A stretch of DNA of 45,342 bases from a bacterium (GCA_043811375.1 JBDRNJ010000087.1:1-45342), one strand, 5' to 3'. Shown: positions 27,902-38,437, counted from the first letter of the stretch. Made by a program: numbers and translations. Notes: generated from the sequence alone by a model not told the origin.

Positions 27902-29084
27902 CGGGTAGTATCTCTCTCAGGATATCGCGGTAGCGCGACAATTTCTGCTGGTGAACACCGCCAGCCTGGGCCAGTTGACGGTTCCCGCCACCTTTGAGAC
28001 CGGCTTGCCGGCACAACTGCCGGGTCAGATCGCCGGCGTCAAGACGACAAGCCGGTGACACGGCGATCAACAAGCGATCATCTGTCAGCAACATCGCCAG
28101 CCCCTCCACACGCTCGGCTACCTGTGCTGCCAGTTGTGGAGCGCTGCGGTTGTCGGACGCCGTCAACTCACAACAGACCAACGGCCAGGGACCGCACATC
28201 TCCTGTTGAGCCGCCAATTGCTCGACTTGGTACGGCAACAGTTCTTTGTGCAGCCGAGTGATTTCCTTTCGCAGGTCGGAGTTCTCTCCGGCCTGTTTTT
28301 CCAGCCGGTCGGGCAGGTCTTTCACATGGCAGGTCAACTGCCGCGACATGCGGTCGGTGACCAGGAACCGTTCATCGTAGTCAGTCAGTGCCTGCTGACC
28401 GGCCAGGAACTTTACCATCGACCGTCCTCGGATTTTCTCTACGCCGATAATCTTAAGCGCCCCGATCTCGGCAGTGCTGCGGCAGTGAGTTCCGCCGCAG
28501 GCCGACCAGTCAAACTCGCCGATGCGAATGATGCGCAGGCTGCCGGTGCGTTGGGGGACTCTTCGCAACGGCAACTGTTTGGCCTGCTCGGCGTCGACGA
28601 ACATTATCTCCACCGGGTAGTTGCTGTCGATAACCCGGCGTGTCTTGAGTTCGGCTGCCGTCAGTTGCTGAGCCGACATTCGATCGACATCAAGTTCGAC
28701 AGCGGCGTATTCAACACCGAGGTGCACCGATACCGTCGCGGTATCCTGCAACTGAACGAAAGCCTGGCTGATCAGGTGCTGGGCGGTGTGCATCCGGCAG
28801 TGCAGTCGGCGTCGATGTTCGTCGACGACACCGTGTACGGTTTCGCCCAGGCGGCCTACGGGATCGGACGACAGGTGCCATACCTGGCCCGACTCGCTTT
28901 CGATCACGTCCGACACTGCCACGCCGTTGAGAGTACCGGTATCGTGCATCTGACCGCCGGAAGTGGGGTAAAATGCTGATCGATCAAGAACGGTATAATG
29001 TTGTTCTTGATGCTGTCCCTGTTCGGTGATTGTGGCGTTAAACTCCAATAACAGGGAGTCTCTATAATACAATCGTTCAGTCAC
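27894..29084 (-). CDS. Alanyl-tRNA editing protein (AlaX-L type with DHHA1 domain)
   Basis: TERLYY, FYPTSGGQMHDTG, HTAQHL, CGGTH, C-terminal KGGG. Confidence 0.9.
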   Translation of the reverse strand: MTERLYYRDSLLLEFNATITEQGQHQEQHYTVLDRSAFYPTSGGQMHDTGTLNGVAVSDVIESESGQVWHLSSDPVGRLGETVHGVVDEHRRRLHCRMHTAQHLISQAFVQLQDTATVSVHLGVEYAAVELDVDRMSAQQLTAAELKTRRVIDSNYPVEIMFVDAEQAKQLPLRRVPQRTGSLRIIRIGEFDWSACGGTHCRSTAEIGALKIIGVEKIRGRSMVKFLAGQQALTDYDERFLVTDRMSRQLTCHVKDLPDRLEKQAGENSDLRKEITRLHKELLPYQVEQLAAQQEMCGPWPLVCCELTASDNRSAPQLAAQVAERVEGLAMLLTDDRLLIAVSPACRLDAGDLTRQLCRQAGLKGGGNRQLAQAGGVHQQKLSRYRDILREILPDA

Positions 29085-29184
29085 AGTATCTGTGCCTTAT
29101 GACCAGATGATTTCCAGAGGTTATCATAAGTAAGTTTCGGCCATGTTAGGTTCCACAAACATAAATAAATTGCAATTCGCTAAA

Positions 29185-29353
29185 TCCGCGTAGCGGCGGG
29201 CCTTGTGTCCGCCGCCGGCATCGCCAGTGACAAGACACCTCTGTCTGGTGGGAGACAAGCCCCCACCCTACGCGGACTATAATCATCACCTCTTGGGACA
29301 ACCTCTCCACAACTGCCGGTAGATCGCAGCGCATGTGGACATACGCCGCGCAC
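29185..29353. repeat. Inverted pair of GTAG REP-like palindromes plus a third hairpin
   Basis: TCCGCGTAGCGGCGGGC-CTTGT-GTCCGCCGC (29185-29215); minus-strand TCCGCGTAG-GGTGGGGG-CTTGT-CTCCCACC (to 29276); CGCAGCGCATGT-GG-ACATACGCCGCG (29325-29350). Confidence 0.7.
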
Positions 29354-29408
29354 GGAATTTGGGACACCGTCCACATCGCCGATATCTTCTCTGAGGGTCA
29401 AACATAAG

Positions 29409-30179
29409 TCATACTATTCGATTAGTCAGCATTCCGACACTACTTATTCTTACCTGTATTTCATCGCCCGGTTTCATCGGGGCGATTCCGGCCGGCGTGC
29501 CGGTGGATATCAGGTCTCCCGGCAGAAGGGTCATCACCGAGGAAATGTAACTGATGAGATACTCGACAGGGAATATCATCAACGAGGTCCGGCCTGATTG
29601 CCGAACCTCGCCGTTGAGGATTCCCTCGACCAGCAGATCATTCCATTCGATTCCGGTCACAATCGACGGTCCTACCGGACAGAAAGTGTCGAATCCTTTG
29701 GCGCGGGACCATTGTCCGTCTGTTTTCTGCAGGTCGCGGGCGGTTACGTCGTTGACACAGGTTAAACCGAAAACGGCAGCGGCGGCTTCGGACACATCAA
29801 TATCCTTAACCCGGCAGCCGATAACCACTCCCAGCTCGGCCTCGTAATCAACCCGCTGCGACTGGGGAGGGTGTACAATAGTATCCTGGTGTCCAATGAC
29901 CGCCGAAGGCGGCTTTAGAAACATCAACGGTCGTTCGGGAGCCTTGTCGGCCGACTGTGATGCGGCGACATGGGCGTGGTAATTCAAACCGATACAGATG
30001 ATCTTCGAGGGTTCCACCGGAGCTTTCAGTTCTACCTCACTGACAGGAAACTTGTCGTCGGTGGCTGTTGCGTCCAACCAGGGAGGGACGTTAAGTCTTA
30101 TGACATTATCACCCTCCAGTCGGCCATAGTGAATCTCATCGTGGTCAGGCAGGCTGAACCGTACAAATTGTTGAGTCAT
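29409..30179 (-). CDS. Fumarylacetoacetate hydrolase family protein
   Basis: KIICIGLNY, FLKP, DYEAEL, NDVTARD, KGFDTFCPVGP, GDLISTGTP. Confidence 0.93.
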   Translation of the reverse strand: MTQQFVRFSLPDHDEIHYGRLEGDNVIRLNVPPWLDATATDDKFPVSEVELKAPVEPSKIICIGLNYHAHVAASQSADKAPERPLMFLKPPSAVIGHQDTIVHPPQSQRVDYEAELGVVIGCRVKDIDVSEAAAAVFGLTCVNDVTARDLQKTDGQWSRAKGFDTFCPVGPSIVTGIEWNDLLVEGILNGEVRQSGRTSLMIFPVEYLISYISSVMTLLPGDLISTGTPAGIAPMKPGDEIQVRISSVGMLTNRIV

Positions 30180-30249
30180 CTTTTCAATCCATCTTGATAT
30201 GAATCTTTTTATGAATAAATATCACCACGCGATGTCGGTCAACAAGCAA

Positions 30250-31599
30250 TCACACCTGCCTGGTCTTCCAGCGACCGCGCTTAAACCACAACGCCAGCAC
30301 AATCGCCTTGACGATGCTGGTAATCGTCAGCGTCCACCAGACGCCGTTGATACCCCAGCCAAGATTGAAAGCCAGGTAATACGCCAGCGGAATGCGGGCC
30401 AGGGACCCCGGTACCATAACGATCATCGGCGGCAGGGTGTCGCCGGCACCCCCGAAGGCGCCCTCGAGAACAATTTCAATTGCCATTGCGCTCTGCGACA
30501 GACCGAGGATAATAAGATAGTCGACGGCTATGTGATGCACCCTGGGATCATTGGTAAATATCGCGGCGATACCGCCGGGAATAGTGATAAACAGAATCGA
30601 AATAACGAATGTCAGGCTGACAGCTATGCCGATGGCCCCCCAGGCGCACCTGGCGGCACGGTCCGGTTTGCCGGCGCCCAGGTTCTGGCCGACCATAGTG
30701 GAGGCGGCCATGGAAAATCCAAAACAGGTCAGGTACGAAAATGATTCCATGCGATTGCCGATACCCATAGCCGCCGCCGCAACCTCTCCATACTGATGGA
30801 CGATCTTGATCAGAAACCAGTAAACGATGATAAAAACCAGTTGCTGGGTGGCCATGGGCACACCGATACGCCCGATACGAATCATCTGCCGCACGTTCGG
30901 ATGAGTCAGGAAGGGACTGCCGACACTATAGCCCAGAGTACCGGTGAACATCTGCCGCAGTACAATTGCGGCACCGGTCGCCATTGAAATGGCCGTGGAG
31001 ATACCGGCGCCGGTCACACCTAACCGGGGAAACGGTCCCAATCCAAAAATCAACATCGGATCCAGAAGCATGTTCAGTCCGATGACCGCCATACCGATTT
31101 TCATTGGTGTGCGGGTGTCTCCCGAAGCTCGAAAAACAGCATAAGCCGTGTCGGCCAGAAAGAAAAACACAGCCGATGCAAAAAATATCCGCAGGTAGGG
31201 AACCGCCATCTCCATGGTGGCCGGTCCCGTATCCATAAACGACAGAATGCCGGGAGCTGCCAGGTAGCCGACTACCGACAGTGAACTTCCCAACAACACC
31301 GCCATTACCAATCCCTGCCTGACAAAGTAGGCGGCTCGATCCGGCTCGCGGGCTCCTATGTACCGCGCCACCAGGGCCGTAACACCGACGCTGATAATCG
31401 ATATTAATGAGTAGATGGTCCAGATGACAACCATCGAAGTCGTCACCGCGTCCTGAGCGACAGGACCAAGCTTGCCTACCCAGAAAAAGTCGGTAACGGA
31501 AAGAGCGAACTCCATGAACATACCAGCCACCACCGGGACGGCTAAAGATATGATTGTCCGGGGAATCGAGCCGGAGGTGATGTTGTCGGTGTTGTTCAT
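30250..31599 (-). CDS. MATE family efflux transporter
   Basis: 12-TM pattern, D..WVGKLG, GDTRTPM, NMLLDP, GQNLGA, GAGDT. Confidence 0.92.
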   Translation of the reverse strand: MNNTDNITSGSIPRTIISLAVPVVAGMFMEFALSVTDFFWVGKLGPVAQDAVTTSMVVIWTIYSLISIISVGVTALVARYIGAREPDRAAYFVRQGLVMAVLLGSSLSVVGYLAAPGILSFMDTGPATMEMAVPYLRIFFASAVFFFLADTAYAVFRASGDTRTPMKIGMAVIGLNMLLDPMLIFGLGPFPRLGVTGAGISTAISMATGAAIVLRQMFTGTLGYSVGSPFLTHPNVRQMIRIGRIGVPMATQQLVFIIVYWFLIKIVHQYGEVAAAAMGIGNRMESFSYLTCFGFSMAASTMVGQNLGAGKPDRAARCAWGAIGIAVSLTFVISILFITIPGGIAAIFTNDPRVHHIAVDYLIILGLSQSAMAIEIVLEGAFGGAGDTLPPMIVMVPGSLARIPLAYYLAFNLGWGINGVWWTLTITSIVKAIVLALWFKRGRWKTRQV

Positions 31600-31823
31600 C
31601 GCTCTTTTTAAGGATTGAATCCAAACTGCTGAACTGTGTCTCTAACTGTAATTATACATCAGGCAACATATTACGCCCGTTCGTTCAGACGGACAAGTTA
31701 ATTTGCCTGCCCCGGCTTGGTGTTGATGACGCCGAAATATAATAAGATTCACCTTGTAGTGCTATTCACAACGGTTTATCATGCAGGCAGGGAAACTCTG
31801 AAGCTACATGAAAGGGGAACTGC

Positions 31824-32486
31824 ATGTTGAAACGCAGGTTGTCGACAGCTTTACTATGCGGGCTGTGTTTGTTGCTGCTGCCGACAGATACCGATGCCAC
31901 CCGCAGAGATCGCAGGAAGAAACCGAAAGCGAAAAAAGAGATTACTGTTGTCCATACCCGGTTCGCGATAGCACCGAAATTAACCATTGGGCTTGCAACG
32001 GGCGAGGCCGCCGACGTTCTTGGCGGTTCGAAGAATACGTCCATTCTTGGTGGGGGCATGACTTTTGAATACTCAGTTAGTCCACGTTCGCGACTGGGGC
32101 TGAATACTGATCTTCTGTACGGATTGTCGCTCCAGTACAAGTATGATAACAAAACCGGCGTGGTTCGGGCGGTGAACTACTCAGGCAGTTTTGTCAGTCT
32201 GTTGACCCCGTTGCGTCAGAAATCTTTGTTCGGGAGAGTTGAGTACGGTTTTTGTCGGGTTACTGCCATCAATCCGGCCGACTACGAACCGCAAACCACT
32301 ACGTTTTTCCGAATTGGTCTGGGAGGTATTCACTACAGCAGGCCCAGTACATCCAGCCGTCTGGAATTGTACTACCGCTATGTCTTTACTGAAGATGAAG
32401 AGTTGGTCTCCGGCAGCCACACGGACATACTCGGTTTCGATGTTACATCTATCGGCCTTGAACTAACGATGTGTCTGGGGTTTTAA
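31824..32486 (+). CDS. Outer membrane beta-barrel protein (putative)
   Basis: Signal peptide, alternating amphipathic beta-strands, C-terminal Phe (LTMCLGF). Confidence 0.6.
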   Translation: MLKRRLSTALLCGLCLLLLPTDTDATRRDRRKKPKAKKEITVVHTRFAIAPKLTIGLATGEAADVLGGSKNTSILGGGMTFEYSVSPRSRLGLNTDLLYGLSLQYKYDNKTGVVRAVNYSGSFVSLLTPLRQKSLFGRVEYGFCRVTAINPADYEPQTTTFFRIGLGGIHYSRPSTSSRLELYYRYVFTEDEELVSGSHTDILGFDVTSIGLELTMCLGF

Positions 32487-32509
32487 GCAAAAGACCAGAA
32501 AATTCCGAC

Positions 32510-34096
32510 TCAACCGGTCAGGTGATCGATCAGATACTGCGGGTTCAGCGTCTCGCCTGTCCCCCGCTCCAACAATTCCCGCCAGGGGTAACGACCACCG
32601 AAACGGTAGTAATTCTGAATCAGGAATGAATTGACGGCGGGATTGCCCGCGATGGAACCATAATTCTCGTGAAGGTAGGCCACCGTCTGGGCCGCGAGAA
32701 TGTCACCCAGCAAATAATTGTGCAGGTAGACCGGGTGAGTAGTGTAATGAATGATAGCGGCCCACGGTTTGAGCTCGTCGTGTCGGGGTAACATCAGGTA
32801 TTGTTCAAAAAGATCCCAGTATAGCCGGTTCAGATCGCGCTCGGGATTGACATAGGCCCGGTACTCGAAATAGAGACGCATCAGGGTAGTGCGCAGGTAG
32901 ATGATGTCCTGCTGTCGTTTGGCTTCCAGATGGCGGGAGATCAATTCCGGTGACATTCCGGCGCAGTCACGCAGCCAATCTTCTTCATCGCACAGCGCCG
33001 CCGCGATCTGGGCCGTCCCTTCAATCCAACCGGGTGACAGCGCATTGTTGAACAGCGGTCGCTCCTGCGCTACGTGTGCAAAGTGCACGGCGTGCCCGAT
33101 TTCATGCAGTAACACCCTTGTTGAGTACAGGCCATCGGTCTGGTTGGCCAGTACGCGAATATCATACGGCGACTTCATGGGAAAGGCATAAGCCAGTTGC
33201 GACTTTCCCGGCCGGGGTTGCAGATCGAACCAGATGGGCAGTTTATCCAGGTTAAAACCGAGCTTCTCCAGGCTGGAACGAATGTACGGCATTTGTGAGT
33301 CGGCCGGGAAGTGGGCATCCACCTGCGCGTTGATTCCGGCATAAGAATAGGCCAGGTCCCAGATTTCTATGTCGTCCGGACTGAGGGTTTCCTCGACTCC
33401 CTGAAGAATCGCCTGATAAGGCTCCAGGCTCAATGAATCGAGCCGGTTCAGAAGCGACAGGTAGTCTGACTGTTTCAACCCCTGAAGTTTGAACACCAGA
33501 GCCAGGTAGTTGTTGTAACCAAGACGCCGGGCGGCCTGGTTGCGGAGTCTGACCAGCCGCTCAAGACCATCGGCCAACTCAAGACCGACCGAGCACCAGG
33601 CGCGATAGGCGATTTCCCGGCGTATCGGGTTTTTATCGGTACGGTAGATTCGGTAGAGCGCACCGGCGGTCTGCTGTTTCCCCTCGAATTCCGCACGGTA
33701 GTTGATATCAACCTGAGCCAGCGAATCACGCAGGCGACTGATATCGGGACGAGACTCCGCCCGGGATTGCACCAGGGTTGCGAAAAGCAACTCCCGGCGG
33801 CGTTGATCGATTTCCGTATCCAACAGTGGTTTCGCCTGCTGAAGCGTTCGGAACGTTCTCTCGTCGGAGATGACATAGTCATACAAACCTCGATAGAACT
33901 GAAGCGAGTCGGCCTCTCCCCGTGTGTACAATTGCCAGGTTTCCCGGTTAATGCGATAATCCAGCCACTCCAGCTTGTGCTCCAGGGAATCCATAAGAGT
34001 GACTGCTTCCGTTGCCGTCAACTGGTCCTGTCGGCAGGAGATTACCATTGACAGTAAAGCCAGCAGGAGAACCAGTATGATACCGGCCGGCTTCAT
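32510..34096 (-). CDS. Lipoprotein zinc metallopeptidase (gluzincin, M2/M3-like)
   Basis: Lipobox MVIS-C; LRNQAARRLGYNNY; LLHEIGHAVH, EGTAQ, HYTTHPVYLHNY; ATG 34096 overlaps the aroQ stop (ATGA). Confidence 0.82.
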   Translation of the reverse strand: MKPAGIILVLLLALLSMVISCRQDQLTATEAVTLMDSLEHKLEWLDYRINRETWQLYTRGEADSLQFYRGLYDYVISDERTFRTLQQAKPLLDTEIDQRRRELLFATLVQSRAESRPDISRLRDSLAQVDINYRAEFEGKQQTAGALYRIYRTDKNPIRREIAYRAWCSVGLELADGLERLVRLRNQAARRLGYNNYLALVFKLQGLKQSDYLSLLNRLDSLSLEPYQAILQGVEETLSPDDIEIWDLAYSYAGINAQVDAHFPADSQMPYIRSSLEKLGFNLDKLPIWFDLQPRPGKSQLAYAFPMKSPYDIRVLANQTDGLYSTRVLLHEIGHAVHFAHVAQERPLFNNALSPGWIEGTAQIAAALCDEEDWLRDCAGMSPELISRHLEAKRQQDIIYLRTTLMRLYFEYRAYVNPERDLNRLYWDLFEQYLMLPRHDELKPWAAIIHYTTHPVYLHNYLLGDILAAQTVAYLHENYGSIAGNPAVNSFLIQNYYRFGGRYPWRELLERGTGETLNPQYLIDHLTG

Positions 34097-34539
34097 TCCG
34101 TGTGATCTCCGGTAATGTCGGCGAAGTACGACAGGGCCATGGCATAACCGTAGAATCCAAAACCGATCACACTCCCCACGCATATCGGTGCGATGACCGA
34201 CCGGCGACGAAACTCTTCCCTGGCGTGTACGTTGGACATGTGCACTTCGACCGCATCAATGTCGATTGAAGCTATGGCGTCACGGAGAGCGTAGCTGTAA
34301 TGCGTCAGGGCACCCGGATTGATAATCAGACCATCGGCCGACACTGCTTCCCGGTGCAGAAAGTCAATTATGACACCCTCCGAATTAGACTGAAAAAAGC
34401 CCAGGTCGATCCCCAATTCCTGTGCCATATCGGCCAGCTTTGCGTTTAGTTCCTCAAGCGTCTGTTTTCCATAGACCTCGGGTTCTCGTTTGCCCAGCAG
34501 GTTGAGATTGGGGCCGTTAACTACCAGAATTCGGGGCAT
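34093..34539 (-). CDS. aroQ: Type II 3-dehydroquinate dehydratase
   Basis: NGPNLNLLGKREPEVYG, QSNSEG, NPGALTHYS, EVHMSN, REEFR. Confidence 0.97.
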   Translation of the reverse strand: MPRILVVNGPNLNLLGKREPEVYGKQTLEELNAKLADMAQELGIDLGFFQSNSEGVIIDFLHREAVSADGLIINPGALTHYSYALRDAIASIDIDAVEVHMSNVHAREEFRRRSVIAPICVGSVIGFGFYGYAMALSYFADITGDHTE

Positions 34540-35647
34540 CCCGGCCTCCTTCGGATAGGTATACTTGCAGCATATGTTGAACCGACTGTTCTATCATTCG
34601 ATAGCTCACGTTGTCGGCCACCAGGGGACGACCGGGGCGGTCCAGCAGAACCAGTCGCGGCGTTTTACCTGTTCTCTTTTTATCCAGTCGCATCGCTGTC
34701 AGGGTCCTTTCGTAATCTATTCGGCGGCGCGGCACCAGCCGAACCATACGGTTAATTAGTCGACCGTATCGCATCAGAAGTTTAGCCCGCGCCGGTTGAA
34801 TGCGAATACTCAGTTCGATTGCCGCCACCAGCCCCAGGATGACGGTCTCGCCATGCAGCAGGCGGCCGTAACCGGTCGCATGTTCCACCGCGTGGGCAAA
34901 GGTATGTCCCAGGTTCAACAACAGGCGCGGTCCTGCTTCGCGTTCGTCCCGTGTTACTACCCTGGCTTTGTAACCGGCGCTCATCTCTATCAGCGACGAC
35001 AACAGACGTCTGTCAAGCAGGTTGCCGCCGGCGAGAAGGTCTTCCATCACTGTCAACATCTTGTTTCCGCACAGGCCACAGTATTTGGCCACTTCCCCCA
35101 GTCCGGCGGTAAGCTGCCGGTCGGGAAGAGTGTTAAGTAAATCGCAATCGCACAGCACGAACGATGGCTGCCAGAAACAACCGATCAGGTTTTTGCCGCG
35201 GCGGTGATTGATTCCGGTCTTGCCGCCGATAGCGGCATCGGTCATACCCAGCAGCGTCGTCGACACCACTCCCCAGCTAACGCCCCTGAGAATAGTGGCC
35301 GCCACGTAGCCGGCCAGGTCCGAGGTTACCCCGCCGCCGCAGGCCAGGATGAAATCGGAGCGGCTGATTTCGTGACTGAGGAGGAAATCGTGCAGACGGG
35401 CGGCGACCGCGGCCGATTTGGATTTCTCTCCTACCGGTATGACCATCTCCTCACAAGGTTCTTTCAGACCCTTCAACCGGGCACGTATCTGCCGGGCATA
35501 CAGGGCAAAGACCTGGGCGTCATAGAATATAAAAATCCGTCCCTTACCGGCATGTCGCGTCAGAGACTGCCTGATCTGTCTCAGCGCACCGGGGCCAATC
35601 ACGATCGGATAGCTGTTCGGCTTAAGTTTTACATCAATGGTGATCAT
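34517..35647 (-). CDS. aroB: 3-dehydroquinate synthase
   Basis: GEKSKS, GGGVTSD, TTLLGMTDAAIGGKTGIN, KNLIG, LNLGHTFAHA; start ATG 35647. Confidence 0.95.
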   Translation of the reverse strand: MITIDVKLKPNSYPIVIGPGALRQIRQSLTRHAGKGRIFIFYDAQVFALYARQIRARLKGLKEPCEEMVIPVGEKSKSAAVAARLHDFLLSHEISRSDFILACGGGVTSDLAGYVAATILRGVSWGVVSTTLLGMTDAAIGGKTGINHRRGKNLIGCFWQPSFVLCDCDLLNTLPDRQLTAGLGEVAKYCGLCGNKMLTVMEDLLAGGNLLDRRLLSSLIEMSAGYKARVVTRDEREAGPRLLLNLGHTFAHAVEHATGYGRLLHGETVILGLVAAIELSIRIQPARAKLLMRYGRLINRMVRLVPRRRIDYERTLTAMRLDKKRTGKTPRLVLLDRPGRPLVADNVSYRMIEQSVQHMLQVYLSEGGRDAPNSGS

Positions 35648-36209
35648 ACCAGGTCCGAATCCTTTTATCGAGAAGTTGCACGGTCTGACTAACAGTCCTG
35701 TCGGTGGTGGAAACCTTGATGTCGGCCATGGCATAGACAGCCCGTCGCTGTTGCCGGAGACGTTTGATGCGTCTCAGGCGCGCCTGTCGCAGGGTCTCCC
35801 CTTTCCGTGGCTGCACCCGCAGGAGCGGACGCTCTCCCTGACCGGCGAGACGCCGATAGAGTTCCCGTGTCGAGCATCCCAGATACACCACGACACCGTT
35901 CTCCTGAATGCGCCGTCGGTTGCGCTCGCAGGCGAAGGCTCCTCCGCCCAGTGCTATTACCATCCTTGACTGTCCGGATGTGAGCAGGTTACTAATTACT
36001 TCCTCCTCCAGCCGCCGAAAGACAACCTCCCTGTCTTCGGTAAAGATCCGGTCAACGTTCTTGCCGCTCCGGTGCTCGATCAGAGCATCGGTGTCATGGA
36101 AAGACAGCTTCAGGCGTCGCGCCAGAAGCGGACCCAGTGTCGATTTGCCGGACCCGGAAAAGCCAATCAGGAAAACGCATTTCCGTCTATTTGCGAAGGA
36201 AGACATCAT
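35634..36209 (-). CDS. aroK: Shikimate kinase
   Basis: LIGFSGSGKST, DTD, FRRLE, ALGGG, RPLL. Confidence 0.93.
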   Translation of the reverse strand: MMSSFANRRKCVFLIGFSGSGKSTLGPLLARRLKLSFHDTDALIEHRSGKNVDRIFTEDREVVFRRLEEEVISNLLTSGQSRMVIALGGGAFACERNRRRIQENGVVVYLGCSTRELYRRLAGQGERPLLRVQPRKGETLRQARLRRIKRLRQQRRAVYAMADIKVSTTDRTVSQTVQLLDKRIRTWYDHH

Positions 36210-36230
36210 GTCTTTTCAAGCCTCGTACGA

Positions 36231-37097
36231 TCACGAGATCAATCCGCGGGTCAGGCCAAAGACCCGCCGGAAAACGGGTTCGAAGGGTACGGCTTGTCCG
36301 GTCCAGATATCAAAGGAACGGATTGCCTGCCCCACCAGCATAGCTGATCCGTCGATAACCGTCAGGCCGGCCGCCCGCGCCTCGGCAACGGGCCGATTGT
36401 CATCGTTGTAATTGACATCATAGTACAGTCCGGAGACCGACCAGTCGAGTCCTTTCGGAAATGGACTCTCGGCCGGGTGATTCCAGCCACCCACCGGCGT
36501 GCAATTAACAATGATGTCGTAACCGGTTCCTGGTTGCATGGAGTGTGTGAACCTTGTGCCCACAATCGGCTCAATCCTGATTTGACTCAACCATCGCTGC
36601 AACGACTCACAGAAGGCCGGCAACTTTGACTCAGTTCGGCCGATGACAGTGAATTGCCGGACCTCGTAATCGGTGTACAGGCTGTAGACGGCTGCCCGTG
36701 CAACGCCACCACAACCAAGAATCAGGGCACGGCCGTGTTTGAGCTTCTGGCTGTAGGGGTGCAGCGGCAATGAAAATCCGTAGCAATCGGTGTTGAATCC
36801 GCGTAATACACCGGAGTCGACCGCCACTGAATTGACAGCCTCCAGTGCCCGGGCGATAGTGTCGATCTCACCAAGATACTCAATAACCGCCCGCTTGTAC
36901 GGGATCGTGACCGACAGCCCCTGTACTCCTTCCTGCGCCAGACCGGTCAGTCGGCGGCCAAGTTCCTCAGGAGCAATGTTAAACATCTCGAATGTGCCCG
37001 GAATGCCGGTAGTTTCGAATATAGCCTCAAAGACATCGCCGGATCTGGAGTATGATATACCGTGACCGATCAGGGCGAATTTGTGTTGTTTTTTCAT
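36231..37097 (-). CDS. aroE: Shikimate dehydrogenase
   Basis: SVTIPYK, AVNS, GFNTD, LGCGGVARA, NCTPVG, DGSAMLVGQA. Confidence 0.93.
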   Translation of the reverse strand: MKKQHKFALIGHGISYSRSGDVFEAIFETTGIPGTFEMFNIAPEELGRRLTGLAQEGVQGLSVTIPYKRAVIEYLGEIDTIARALEAVNSVAVDSGVLRGFNTDCYGFSLPLHPYSQKLKHGRALILGCGGVARAAVYSLYTDYEVRQFTVIGRTESKLPAFCESLQRWLSQIRIEPIVGTRFTHSMQPGTGYDIIVNCTPVGGWNHPAESPFPKGLDWSVSGLYYDVNYNDDNRPVAEARAAGLTVIDGSAMLVGQAIRSFDIWTGQAVPFEPVFRRVFGLTRGLIS

Positions 37098-38437
37098 ATT
37101 GAGATCGTGTCCAGCAGATCATAAAAACCGGGGCAGGAAATGTCAACCACGCTGTCATCATCCACCGTTGAAGGACCCACCAGGGAAAGGGCTGCTACCG
37201 AAAATGCCATGGCAATGCGATGATCACCGAAAGACCGGAAATCGGCTCCGGGATGGTTGGTTCCACCCTCGACGACAAGCCCGTCCTCGAGCCGGCCACA
37301 CTTGACTCCCATTTCCTGCAGGTTCTCCAGAGTAGCCTGCAGGCGATCGGATTCCTTAAAGCGCAATTCACCGGCATCACGAATGACCGTGGCCCCATCG
37401 GCGAAAGCGGCCATAACTGCCACTATCGGCATTTCATCGATCAGTCCAACGGTAGCGGCGCCGGATATCTTGCGACCTTTCAGCATGCGACCGGTAACGG
37501 TAACATTGCCGCGCGGCTCGCCGGAAACGACCATCCTGTCCGAGATGACAACATTACAACCGATCGCCTTCAGATGATCGAGAAAAGCCGTCCGGGTCGG
37601 ATTGAGACCGACCTGCTCGACCGTAATAGTCGCGCGAGCGATGGCAGCCGCCGCGAAAAAAAAGGCGGCGGTGGAAATGTCACCGGGAATATCAATAGTG
37701 CCGCCGCCGATACGGCTGCCGGCCGCCAGGACGATCTCCTTTCTGAATGACTCGGGCATTCGCATTCTAGTCTTGCGGGGATCATCCGGGTCCGGATGTC
37801 GTACCGGCCTGACTTTGCGAACCACGATAGAAGCTCCCAACTCATGCAGCATTATCTCGGTGTGATCGCGAGTTTCTTTCTCTTCGCGAATAGTGACGGC
37901 GCACCCCGATGCCAATCCAGCCAGCAACAAAGCTGATTTTACCTGCGCTGAAGCCATCGGCGGCTGGTACTCAAAATCCTGCAGCCGCCTCCCCCGAATA
38001 GTCATCGGCAGGTGATCGTCCTGCGTCGTTAGCTCGGCTCCCATTCGAGTGAGAGGATCGACAATCCGTTTCATGGGGCGGGCGCACAGTGATTTGTCTC
38101 CGGTAATGGTGGCTTCGATGTTGCTGCCGGCAACAATACCGCTGAGCAGCCTGGCGGTGGTTCCGGAGTTGGCACAGTCAAAGATCGTGTCGGCCGGTGC
38201 TGAGACATGGTGCGGAGGTGTCAGCACCAGTCCGTCGACTTCGGTACGTATCTGCACACCCAATTTCCGGGCAGCCTCCAGCGAAACGCGGCAATCGGCA
38301 TTGTCCGGAAAATTTCGCACTTTTACCGCCTCCTGTGCCAGAATAGGCAGCAATGCCGCCCGGTGACCGATCGATTTATCCCCCGGCACGTGTATGATCC
38401 CGCCGATTTTCCTGACCGGTGAGATTGTACGTTTCAT
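37094..38437 (-). CDS. aroA: EPSP synthase (class II signatures)
   Basis: PGDKS, NSGTTARL, SAQVKSA, RDHTE, NPTR, KESDR, DHRIAM. Confidence 0.96.
   Translation of the reverse strand: MKRTISPVRKIGGIIHVPGDKSIGHRAALLPILAQEAVKVRNFPDNADCRVSLEAARKLGVQIRTEVDGLVLTPPHHVSAPADTIFDCANSGTTARLLSGIVAGSNIEATITGDKSLCARPMKRIVDPLTRMGAELTTQDDHLPMTIRGRRLQDFEYQPPMASAQVKSALLLAGLASGCAVTIREEKETRDHTEIMLHELGASIVVRKVRPVRHPDPDDPRKTRMRMPESFRKEIVLAAGSRIGGGTIDIPGDISTAAFFFAAAAIARATITVEQVGLNPTRTAFLDHLKAIGCNVVISDRMVVSGEPRGNVTVTGRMLKGRKISGAATVGLIDEMPIVAVMAAFADGATVIRDAGELRFKESDRLQATLENLQEMGVKCGRLEDGLVVEGGTNHPGADFRSFGDHRIAMAFSVAALSLVGPSTVDDDSVVDISCPGFYDLLDTISI

Noticed and set aside
28134..28979. 281-aa plus-strand ORF and other long antisense ORFs (e.g. 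43697-44356, 15929-16465)
   Set aside because: Antisense to well-supported genes with no recognisable motifs; expected in GC-rich coding DNA
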